64,000 nucleotides of DNA. Origin: an uncultured cyanobacterium. Its GTDB lineage: Bacteria > Cyanobacteriota > Cyanobacteriia > PCC-6307 > Cyanobiaceae. Location: the NCBI GenBank assembly GCA_903917565.1, contig CAIXBB010000002.1:45818-109817 (forward strand), read 5' to 3'. The notes beneath the pieces were generated by a model, which was not told where the DNA came from, ran no database searches, and was given only the letters and a program-made list of their open reading frames with translations. Below, in pieces: positions 25,260 to 36,029 of this stretch. How positions within the stretch are numbered: position 1 is the first letter of the stretch; every line of letters starts with the position of its first letter. A program made the translations under genes and the position numbers.

Positions 25260-27187
25260 CCCCGGGTTTCTGCTGCGGCCAGCGGCCGCTCCCGCTTGCT
25301 GGCCTCGCTCTGGGCCGCCGCGAACAGCTGCTCCATGCCCACGGGCGTGCCGGCTTCGGCGGCCAGGAAGGCAGCGGCGAGGGCGATGTTGCGGATGTTA
25401 CCGCCGGCCATCTGCAGGCGGGCCAGTTGGTTGGGGTCGACCCCATCGAGCGGCGTGCCCGCCGGGAACACCCGCCGCCAGATGGCCGCGCGCTGCTCGG
25501 CATCCGGGAAGGGGAAGCTGACCACGAAGCGCAGCCGCCGTTGGAACGCCGTATCGAGCGCATCCTTCTGGTTGGTGGTGAGGATCGCCAGGCCCCGGTA
25601 GCTCTCCATCCGCTGCAGCAGATAGCTCACTTCGATATTGGCGTGGCGGTCGTGGCTGTCCTTCACCTCGCTGCGTTTGCCGAACAGGGCATCGGCTTCA
25701 TCGAACAACAGAATGGCGCCACTGTCTTCGGCGGCTTCGAACACCTGGGCCAGGTTCTTTTCGGTTTCGCCGATGTACTTGCTCACCACCGCCGCCAGAT
25801 TGATGCGGTAGAGATCCAGCTGCAGCTCCCGCGCCAGCACCTCGGCGGCCATCGTCTTGCCGGTGCCGCTCTCGCCGGCGAACAGCACGGAGATTCCCAG
25901 GCCTCGGTTCCCCTGGCTGGCGAAGCCCCAGTGCTCATACACCGTCAGCCGGTGCTGCACCTGGGAGGCGATCTGGCGCAGGGTGTCCTGCTGCGCCTCC
26001 GGCAGGATCAGATCGTCCCAACAGGCCGCGGACTCGATCCGCTGGGCGAGATGTCCCAGCTGCGAGCGGTGATGCCCCCGGCAGGCGCGCCAGAGCTGGG
26101 CGGCCCCTGCCTCCGCTGGCTCGCTGGCGCCGCCGCTCAGGCTGCGGGCCAGGCGCTGGATCTCATCGCTGCTGAAGCGGAATTCGGCCGCCAACCCCTC
26201 CAGCACCGGGCCCAGCTTCGGTGCGGCCTGGCCAACGGCCTGCTGCCACAGGGCGCGCTGCTCGGTGCGCGTTGGTTTGGGCACCGCCGCGCGCAGATCG
26301 TCCCGCCGGCAGGGCAGCGGCTCCGGCCCCGCCACCAGGGTGACCCCCACCACCCGTTCGAGAAACGTCAGGGCCGCGTGGCCGGTGGTGGCATCCTGCT
26401 GCTCCACCAGCAGGGCGGCGCTGATCAGGCTGGCCTCCCGCTCCCACAGCCGCTCCAGGGCGTGCCGCTCCATGGGGTTGGCGGGGATGTCGTCAGCCGC
26501 CAGAACGAACAGGCGCAGGCCCAGCTGGGCGGCCACCGCCGCCGCCACATCCCGCTGGCCCGGCCCATCGTTGCCGGTGAGCTGCACCAGGGGCAGCGGC
26601 GATCCCCGCCGTTGCAGGGCCTCGGCGATCCGCTCGGCCAGCAGGGCCTGGGAGGGGGCCATCACCGTGGGGCAGGGCACCGGCAGGAGCAGCGGCGTCA
26701 GACGGGGGTCCGGATCGTCCACCCCGGCCAGGTGGTGCAGCACCCGCTCATCGATGCGCAGACGGGCGTTCACCACGGTGGCGTCGTCGCTGGCTTCGAT
26801 CAGGCGCCAGTGCCGCAGCGGCCGGCCCGGTGAGAGGGCACTCCAGTGCGGCTCGCCCAGCACCGCCAGGGCCAGCCCGAAGCTCGCCCACGGGCGTTGA
26901 TTGCCGGCCTGGGAGTGGGCGCAGAGGGCGGCGATCTCCCCATCCATCTCAACCCCGGCCGTGAGCAGCAGCAGCTCGCGCTCAAATGGCGACAGGCCGA
27001 AATCGGCGCAGAGACGATCGATCGCCGCGGGCTGCTCCATGGCCTGGCGCGCCGCTGCGATCGCCGCTTCAGCGGCGCGGCCATCGCCGCCCTCGAGCAG
27101 CTCCTTGATCCGGGCCAGTTCCCCCGAGAGCACCCGCTGGTTGGCCTCGCTCCAGGTGGTGTTGCGGATGCCGGTGGCGACGCTCAT
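25250..27187 (-). CDS. AAA+ ATPase (Afp15/Cis15-like CIS assembly ATPase)
   Basis: 645 aa. Walker A GESGTGKTMAAEVLA, Walker B AILLFDEADALFGKR, sensor/arginine-finger region ILTTNQKDALDTAFQRRLRFVVSFPFP. Large N-terminal non-ATPase region, as in eCIS ATPases. Confidence 0.9.
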   Translation of the reverse strand: MSVATGIRNTTWSEANQRVLSGELARIKELLEGGDGRAAEAAIAAARQAMEQPAAIDRLCADFGLSPFERELLLLTAGVEMDGEIAALCAHSQAGNQRPWASFGLALAVLGEPHWSALSPGRPLRHWRLIEASDDATVVNARLRIDERVLHHLAGVDDPDPRLTPLLLPVPCPTVMAPSQALLAERIAEALQRRGSPLPLVQLTGNDGPGQRDVAAAVAAQLGLRLFVLAADDIPANPMERHALERLWEREASLISAALLVEQQDATTGHAALTFLERVVGVTLVAGPEPLPCRRDDLRAAVPKPTRTEQRALWQQAVGQAAPKLGPVLEGLAAEFRFSSDEIQRLARSLSGGASEPAEAGAAQLWRACRGHHRSQLGHLAQRIESAACWDDLILPEAQQDTLRQIASQVQHRLTVYEHWGFASQGNRGLGISVLFAGESGTGKTMAAEVLARELQLDLYRINLAAVVSKYIGETEKNLAQVFEAAEDSGAILLFDEADALFGKRSEVKDSHDRHANIEVSYLLQRMESYRGLAILTTNQKDALDTAFQRRLRFVVSFPFPDAEQRAAIWRRVFPAGTPLDGVDPNQLARLQMAGGNIRNIALAAAFLAAEAGTPVGMEQLFAAAQSEASKRERPLAAAETRGWP

Positions 27188-28524
27188 TTCACCGCCATCC
27201 GCTTGTTGAGAAATTCGGGCGGTTGCTTGGTCCTATCCACCGATGGACTCTCAATGCCGTCGATCCGCAGCCGCACCAGATGACCCAGCGTGCCCGTGGG
27301 GGTGAGCTCTGCTTCCTTCATCAGGAACTCCAGCTTGTCGGTGCTGTCGCTGGGGATCGCTTTGGGCTTCACGCCCCGCCCACCGACCAGCGCCATGACC
27401 TGCTGCCCCGGCCGCAGGCGGGGCTGGAACTTCACCGTGAAGCTGATGGCGCCGCTGGCGTCTCGAGAGACGCTGGTGGGCAGGCTTGTGATCTCCGGAG
27501 CCAGCACCAGCGCCAGATCATTCGAGTGCTGCAGCTCGGTGGCAGCGGCCCCCACGGTCCGCTCCATCCGCACACCCACCCGGTAGATCCCCACGGGGAA
27601 ATCCGCCGCCCTTGCCACCGGCACCTGGAACCGGAGGGTTCGTGCCGGGTCGTCGGTCGACTCGGCCGGCCCCTCCGCAAGTCTGACGGCATCGATCTGG
27701 AAGCGATCATTGCTGAGCACGGCCACACGGTTGCTGCCATCGAGGTGATGGCCCTGCAACTCGATCGTCGCCCCCAGGCGCGTCATCGGCTGCCCGTCTG
27801 CCGGCACCACCGCCGTGAGGGTGGGCACCGCGGGCTCCATGGTGGCCTGCACGTCCACGCCGGGATCGCGCGGTTGCCCGGGCACCACCCTGCCGCGGCT
27901 GAGCACCGGCAGCGGAGCCCGCGCCGGCTCGTCGGTCTGGATCAGAACAACGCTCGCCCGGTAGGTGGTGGAAGGCCTGAAATTGCTGAGCGTGGCTGAC
28001 CACAGCTTGGTGAGTTCTTCGCTGCTCAGCATGTCCGGGGTGATCCGGATCCGCTCGATCTGGTGTTCCAGGCCCGAGGCGGCGAGCGCCTTTCCGAGGG
28101 CCGTCGCTGGGGGGCTCGAGGGCGGATCGAGCAGCGTGCGAATCCTGGTCCGTGAGAACTCCGGCCGTTCGTGCAGTTCCTGCATCGCCAGGCCCAGCAG
28201 GATCTCTCCCTGCAGATCGGCGGCGCTGTAGGCGGAGAGCAGGTAGTGCAGATCGATCGCCAGCGGCCTCTGGCTCAACCGCTGGCGACCCGAGGCATCA
28301 CGGCTGGGCAGATCCTGATTGCACCAGCCGGCGTTGGTGGTCACCTGGTGCAGAAACAGATTCAGCTGTGGCACCTCCGTGCCGCGCACCACGCGGTCGG
28401 GAGGCAGCACACTCACCTTCACGCCGTTGCCAAGAATCCTGATCGTGGCATCAGCACTCAGCACTTCACTCAGCTGCTTCTGCATCACGGAGGTCACCGC
28501 CGCGATGGCCATGGCATTGCTCAT
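27184..28524 (-). CDS. DUF4255-domain protein (Afp16/Cis16-like tail terminator/cap) with long C-terminal extension
   Basis: 446 aa. N-terminus MSNAMAIAAVTSVMQKQL...LNLFLHQVTTNAGWCNQDLP...PLAIDLHYLLSAY matches the DUF4255 pattern. About 250 extra beta-rich residues follow. Confidence 0.8.
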   Translation of the reverse strand: MSNAMAIAAVTSVMQKQLSEVLSADATIRILGNGVKVSVLPPDRVVRGTEVPQLNLFLHQVTTNAGWCNQDLPSRDASGRQRLSQRPLAIDLHYLLSAYSAADLQGEILLGLAMQELHERPEFSRTRIRTLLDPPSSPPATALGKALAASGLEHQIERIRITPDMLSSEELTKLWSATLSNFRPSTTYRASVVLIQTDEPARAPLPVLSRGRVVPGQPRDPGVDVQATMEPAVPTLTAVVPADGQPMTRLGATIELQGHHLDGSNRVAVLSNDRFQIDAVRLAEGPAESTDDPARTLRFQVPVARAADFPVGIYRVGVRMERTVGAAATELQHSNDLALVLAPEITSLPTSVSRDASGAISFTVKFQPRLRPGQQVMALVGGRGVKPKAIPSDSTDKLEFLMKEAELTPTGTLGHLVRLRIDGIESPSVDRTKQPPEFLNKRMAVK

Positions 28525-29270
28525 CGGCCCGCTCCTTTGCGGCCCGCCAGGTAGTCCTCCAGCGTGGTGATGCGCTGTTGCGGCGCTCCGGCGACCCGGG
28601 GTGCGGCCGGCTCCGGGGCCGCCGTCACATCGATCCGTCCGATGTGCACATGCACTTCCGTGGTTTCCTCCACGGCTTGGCCGTTCCTGTTCCGCTCCAA
28701 GCCATGGGTGTCGGCGGCCGGCGGCTGGGGTTGCTGCCAGGAGGGCCCGGTCGCATCCACCGCGAGCAGCGGCGCCAGCTGCTGGGCGATGGCGGCCAGA
28801 TCCAGCGGCCCTTGCGGCTCGCTCCCGTGGTCGCCAGAAGGAACGATCCGCTCTTCGAGCGCTGTGGCCGCCAGCTCAGGAAGCGCCCGTTCGGTGCTGG
28901 ATCGATCGGCGGCGGGAGGTGGTATCGCGCCATCTGGCCCGGGCTTCTCCAGTGGGGCCACCGGTCCGGGTCCCACGCGGGTTGAAGCGGGCGCGGCTCC
29001 AGGCCGATGGCTGGGTTCGGGGGGCGGCATCCGGTCCGTGCCCGTCGACCCTTCCCTGCCGATGCGGCGACCCTGGCTCGTGTTGCTGTCTGGCCTGGCG
29101 CCAGGGGGGCCGGGTTCCAGCGCCAACCCGAGCGCGCCCTCGGCGGCATCGATGGGAGCCGCGGCTGCCGCCATCTCGGGCACCGGGGCGAACGGCAACC
29201 CATGGGCCGAGTGCACCCGAGGTGTGTCGCCCTGGGCGCGGGAGACCAGCCGCTGCAGGAAGCCGCTCAT
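28521..29270 (-). CDS. Pro/Ala-rich CIS-associated protein (possible tape-measure-like / assembly protein)
   Basis: 249-aa ORF, translationally coupled on both sides. N-terminus MSGFLQRLVSRAQG, a low-complexity middle, and C-terminus EVHVHIGRIDVTAAPEP...ITTLEDYLAGRK. Confidence 0.6.
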   Translation of the reverse strand: MSGFLQRLVSRAQGDTPRVHSAHGLPFAPVPEMAAAAAPIDAAEGALGLALEPGPPGARPDSNTSQGRRIGREGSTGTDRMPPPEPSHRPGAAPASTRVGPGPVAPLEKPGPDGAIPPPAADRSSTERALPELAATALEERIVPSGDHGSEPQGPLDLAAIAQQLAPLLAVDATGPSWQQPQPPAADTHGLERNRNGQAVEETTEVHVHIGRIDVTAAPEPAAPRVAGAPQQRITTLEDYLAGRKGAGR

Positions 29271-29998
29271 GGCCCCACCAGGGAGAGGTACGCCGCGCGG
29301 CGTTGCCGGCTCAGGCCCAGGATCTCAGCCTCTCGCCAGCCATAGGCCCTGGCGAGCCGATGCACCTCCAGCAGCAGGGAGCGCACCCTGCTGCCCAGCT
29401 CCTCCCACAGCAGCGAGAGCACATCGAGATGGAGCTCTCCTTGATGCCCACAGGCTCCGCAGTCCACCGTCAGGGCAAGGTCCGCGGCGGGATCCAGCTC
29501 TTCCAGGGCGGCGCTCACCGCCTCGATGGGCGGCGCTGCAGCGGGGATGGCGTCCCCCGCCGCTGCCTCCCGATCAGGGGAGCCGATGCGGCAACGCTCC
29601 ATGAGTAGCGTTGCGGCGCCTGGTGGATCGTGCACCGCGTTCAGGGCGGCCAGGTCGCGGCTGGTGGGGGCGCGGAAGCGCTGGCCTGCCACCACGACGC
29701 TGGCCTCGGCGGTGGCTGGCTGCCCTGCCTGGAGCAGCTGGCCGGCATCGAGCGGCAGATCCAGGCGAACGCCGCAGGCTTCGCAGTCGGCATAGCCCTC
29801 GATCCTGTTGCCGAAGATGGCCCGCCGCAACTGAACCAGCGCCAGATGGATCTGGCCCAGCGGCAGATCGGGCAGGGAGGCGGGGGGCTGCTCCGGGTGC
29901 ATCCAGGCATAGAGCAGCAAGGCTCGGTCGATCGGATGCCGCAGCGATCCGATCTCCCAGAGGTGGAGCAGATCAAGGTCGCTGGGGGGGCGGATCAT
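29267..29998 (-). CDS. CIS-associated protein with two CxxC motifs (zinc-ribbon-like), function unknown
   Basis: 243-aa ORF between the tube gene and the Pro-rich gene. Motifs YADCEACGVRLDL and VDCGACGHQGELHLD. Overlaps the downstream gene. Confidence 0.65.
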   Translation of the reverse strand: MIRPPSDLDLLHLWEIGSLRHPIDRALLLYAWMHPEQPPASLPDLPLGQIHLALVQLRRAIFGNRIEGYADCEACGVRLDLPLDAGQLLQAGQPATAEASVVVAGQRFRAPTSRDLAALNAVHDPPGAATLLMERCRIGSPDREAAAGDAIPAAAPPIEAVSAALEELDPAADLALTVDCGACGHQGELHLDVLSLLWEELGSRVRSLLLEVHRLARAYGWREAEILGLSRQRRAAYLSLVGP

Positions 29999-30000
29999 GC

Positions 30001-30525
30001 TCAGGCGGGCTCGGAATACTCGACTTCGCTGGGCTCGGTCACGTCGTAGTCACGCTCCCAGCCTTCGTTCTCGAGCTTGATGTGCTGAATCGCCACGGCG
30101 TTGGCGTTGGCGTCGAGGTCGGGCAGGGCCTGGAATTCCGACACCCAGCAGCGGAACAGCTTGTAGGCCAGCGCCAGCTGGCCGGCCTCGTTGTAGACCT
30201 CCAGGATCAGATCCTTGCGGAAATTCTTCAGCGATACTTCCGCTCCCAGACCCGAACCGAAGTTCCACACCTTGTTGGCCCACTTCTCGAACTCGGTGTC
30301 ATGGGTGACACCACGCTCTAGCTGAATCGCCTCGAACTTGGTGCGGCCGGGCGATTTTCGAGACGTGGAAGGATCGCCGCCCTCGCGGTGCTCCACAAGC
30401 TCCGTGCTGCGCTTGAGTGCCCCCACCTTGGAGATCCCGGCCACGTAGCGGCCATCCCACTTCACCCGGAACTTGAAGTTCTTGTAAGGGTCGAAACGCT
30501 GGGCATTGACACTGAACTGGGCCAT
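30001..30525 (-). CDS. phage tail tube protein, T4 gp19-like (Afp1/Cis1-like inner tube)
   Basis: I call the internal start at 30525 (MAQFSVNAQRFDPYKNFKFRVKWDGRYVAGISKVGALKRSTE...), preceded by AGGAGAC. The longer track ORF (to 30918) overlaps the sheath gene. FKFRV..DG....G.SKV is the hallmark of this tube family. Confidence 0.9.
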   Translation of the reverse strand: MAQFSVNAQRFDPYKNFKFRVKWDGRYVAGISKVGALKRSTELVEHREGGDPSTSRKSPGRTKFEAIQLERGVTHDTEFEKWANKVWNFGSGLGAEVSLKNFRKDLILEVYNEAGQLALAYKLFRCWVSEFQALPDLDANANAVAIQHIKLENEGWERDYDVTEPSEVEYSEPA

Positions 30526-30536
30526 GGGGGTGTCTC

Positions 30537-33176
30537 CTAGGTGGCGATCTGGCCGGCGATCTGCTGGAAGCTGATCACCACGAATTCGGCGGGTTTGAGG
30601 GGAGCGAAGCCCACCAGGATGTTGACCACCCCCAGGTTGATGTCGTTCTGGGTGGTGGTCTCCCGGTCGCACCTCACGAAGTAGGCCTCGCGGGGACTGC
30701 GCCCCTGGAAGGCCCCCTGCCGGAACAGGTTCTGCAGGAAGGCGCCGATGTTGAGCCGGATCTGGGCCCAGAGCGGTTCGTCGTTGGGTTCGAACACCAC
30801 CCACTGGGTGCCCCGGTAGAGGCTCTCCTCCAGGAACAGGGCCAGCCGCCGCACGGGCACGTACTTCCACTCGGAGGCCCGCTGATCGCTGCCGTCGAGG
30901 GTGCGGGCGCCCCAGCACACCTTGCCGTAGGCGGGGAAGGTGCGCAGGCAGTTGATGGCGATCGGGTTGAGCACGCCGTTCTGGCCATCGTTCAGGGGCA
31001 CCTCCATCTGTTGCACGTTTTTCAGGCTGGCCTCAGTGCCGGCAGGAGCTTTCCACACCCCCCGGTCGCTGTCGGTGCGGGCATAGAGGCCGGCCATGGT
31101 GCCGCTCGGGCCAACGTTGCGCAGGCGGTAGTCATTGAGCGGATCGGGGATCAGCAGCCGGGGGAAGTAGAGCGCGGCATTGCGGCTGCGCAGATCACCG
31201 TCGCCATTGAGCCAGTTCCTCACCTCCTCCACCGAGTCGAGATCGTTCGGGGGATCCACCAGCAACATGGCCCGTCGATCGCTGCAGTAGTTGGCCGCGG
31301 CCTTGATCAGCGTGGCGCTCTTGATCCGGGCGGCGGCAGGGATGGCATCGAGGGCATTCGGTTCGATCACCATCGAGGCCCTGGGGATGCAGAGGATGTT
31401 GAACAGGTCGATGTCATCCAGCATCCGCATGGCGGCGATGAGCTCAGGCACCCCCGGCAGGTCTCCGTCGACACCCTCCGTGCCTGCCTTCTGGGCCGTT
31501 GGCTGGGCCGTTGAACCAACTTTTCCTCCCCCCAGCCGGTAGGACTGGACGTTGGCGCTGGCGCTGTCGAGCGCCAGATCTGTGACGGTGGTGGTGTCTG
31601 GGGCAGCAAAGCGGACCTGCGCGGCTGTGGTGCCGCCAGCCATCATCACCAGGTGCTTCCCCGCACCTGACTCCTCCTGCACCAGCACCCGGGCCTCGGT
31701 GAAGCTAGGACGGCGAGCGGGGTTCGCTGCCCGGATCGCCTCCTGCAATCCTGCGGCGGCGGCGCTCGGGTCGGTAGCGGGAGCGGCATTCGCGAAGGTG
31801 GCTTTGAAAGGGCCATCCGCTCCGATGCTCACCTGAACCGCCTGGCCGGCGGCAATGGAGAAAGTGGTTGGCAGGGTATCGGAGAGCGTCGCCTCGATAG
31901 TGTCCGGGGCAGCAAAGCCGAGATTGTCGAAGAGGGCATCAGAATCCTTCTTGCTAAGCGCCAGGGTCTTGGCCGGATCCCCTGAGAGCACCAGCAGCTG
32001 CTTGAGGGAGCCGGTTTCAAGGGGCAGCACGATGGCCTTTTTCAGAGCGTCGGAACCAGTGGCGGCGCGGATTTCCTTCTGGAGTTCCACGGCGGCCGCG
32101 TTGAGATCAGCCATCGGTCCGGCGAGATTGAGCGTCTGCGTCGTGCCTCCTGGCGATTCGGTCACATCCACGTTGCCAGCGCTCAGCGGCAGATTGGCGG
32201 CGATGTCTGTGGAGAGCAGCCCCTTGAGGGTTTGCGCCTTCGCCGTGAGGCCGAGCTGGTCTGCGATCGATGCGGGCTCAGCCTCAAAGCGGATCCTGGC
32301 TCCGGGCAGGCTGGGGCCGGCAAGAATCCGCAGCTTCTCGTTCACGATCTGCACCCGTGCCTGGGCGAAGGCCCGATCGTCAGGCCGGCAGGACTGGATC
32401 GCCTGCTCCAGCTGAAGCCGCGCCTCCACCAGGGTCCTGGGTTGGCCGCTCAGCTGGGCGGTTCCGCTTCGCCCCTCCTCCCCGATAAGGCTCACCAGAA
32501 GGTTCCCCTGCTTCGCCCTGACCCCGGTGAAGCCGCTGAGATCACGCGAGAGCGTGCCGGTGGCCAGTGGCGGTTCCGTTCCATTCACCGTTTTGATCCT
32601 GATCAGCTTCGAGCCGCTGGTGTCGTCGTTCACCAGCGTCTTCACGAAGCTGGGGGAGGCTGGATCCATCGAGAGGTTGAAGAAACTCTCGGAGGTCACC
32701 ACCTGTTCCTTGCCCCCTGCCGATCGGACGAGAGCCACGGTGAGGTTGAACCGCTTGGGAAGCGACGCCGGTGGGTCATCGATGCTGATCCGCAGTCCTT
32801 GCAGCCCGTCGTTGGCGCCCCCCCAGGCTCCAGGGTTGATCGCGGACACCTTGAGGACCGTCGAGCCGCCGATGGCGCTGGCGATCTCGACATCCGCGGT
32901 GCTCGTGCTCGAGGAGACGGCCCTGGCGATCCAGGCCTCGGCGCCACCGTTCTGGAAGAACTGATGGATGGCATAGCTCGCCTCGCTGCGCGGATCGAGA
33001 CCACCGAACAGCCGCTCGAACTCCGCCAGGCTGAGCACCTGCACGGCCCCATCGCTGGGCCCTTGCGCAAAGTGGTCCACGAAGGCCGTGATTGAGGTGG
33101 CCACGCCGGTGATGGTGCGGACACCGCTGGAAACTTCCTGGATGTAGACCCCTGGATGGGTCAGGGGAATCGGCAT
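30537..33176 (-). CDS. contractile tail sheath protein (Afp2-4/Cis2-like) with a large internal triplicated insertion
   Basis: I call the start at 33176 (MPIPLTHPGVYIQEVSSGVRTITGVATSITAFV, canonical sheath N-terminus). C-terminal sheath block KAPAGTEASL...LNPIAINCLRTFPAYGKVCWGARTL..., ending REAYFVRCDRETTTQNDINLGVVNILVGFAPLKPAEFVVI. 879 aa. Confidence 0.9.
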   Translation of the reverse strand: MPIPLTHPGVYIQEVSSGVRTITGVATSITAFVDHFAQGPSDGAVQVLSLAEFERLFGGLDPRSEASYAIHQFFQNGGAEAWIARAVSSSTSTADVEIASAIGGSTVLKVSAINPGAWGGANDGLQGLRISIDDPPASLPKRFNLTVALVRSAGGKEQVVTSESFFNLSMDPASPSFVKTLVNDDTSGSKLIRIKTVNGTEPPLATGTLSRDLSGFTGVRAKQGNLLVSLIGEEGRSGTAQLSGQPRTLVEARLQLEQAIQSCRPDDRAFAQARVQIVNEKLRILAGPSLPGARIRFEAEPASIADQLGLTAKAQTLKGLLSTDIAANLPLSAGNVDVTESPGGTTQTLNLAGPMADLNAAAVELQKEIRAATGSDALKKAIVLPLETGSLKQLLVLSGDPAKTLALSKKDSDALFDNLGFAAPDTIEATLSDTLPTTFSIAAGQAVQVSIGADGPFKATFANAAPATDPSAAAAGLQEAIRAANPARRPSFTEARVLVQEESGAGKHLVMMAGGTTAAQVRFAAPDTTTVTDLALDSASANVQSYRLGGGKVGSTAQPTAQKAGTEGVDGDLPGVPELIAAMRMLDDIDLFNILCIPRASMVIEPNALDAIPAAARIKSATLIKAAANYCSDRRAMLLVDPPNDLDSVEEVRNWLNGDGDLRSRNAALYFPRLLIPDPLNDYRLRNVGPSGTMAGLYARTDSDRGVWKAPAGTEASLKNVQQMEVPLNDGQNGVLNPIAINCLRTFPAYGKVCWGARTLDGSDQRASEWKYVPVRRLALFLEESLYRGTQWVVFEPNDEPLWAQIRLNIGAFLQNLFRQGAFQGRSPREAYFVRCDRETTTQNDINLGVVNILVGFAPLKPAEFVVISFQQIAGQIAT

Positions 33177-36024
<2,848 letters not shown>

Positions 36025-36029
36025 ACGCC

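Noticed and set aside
30526-30918. N-terminal extensions of several track ORFs. Tube to 30918, sheath to 33218, ABC ATPase to 37580, permease to 38964, propeller to 40436, moaA to 47765, hub to 19395, sigma factor to 42802.
   Set aside because: The extensions overlap the upstream gene in another frame and are low-complexity. Canonical family N-termini, often with an SD-like sequence or stop/start overlap, occur at internal start codons.
3232-33176. The tail-gene cluster interpreted as a prophage, a defective prophage or a T6SS.
   Set aside because: There are no capsid, portal, terminase, protease, integrase, repressor or replication genes. There are also no TssB/C-type split sheath, TssM/TssL membrane complex or ClpV. 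The DUF4255 protein and a dedicated AAA+ ATPase fit the eCIS class instead.
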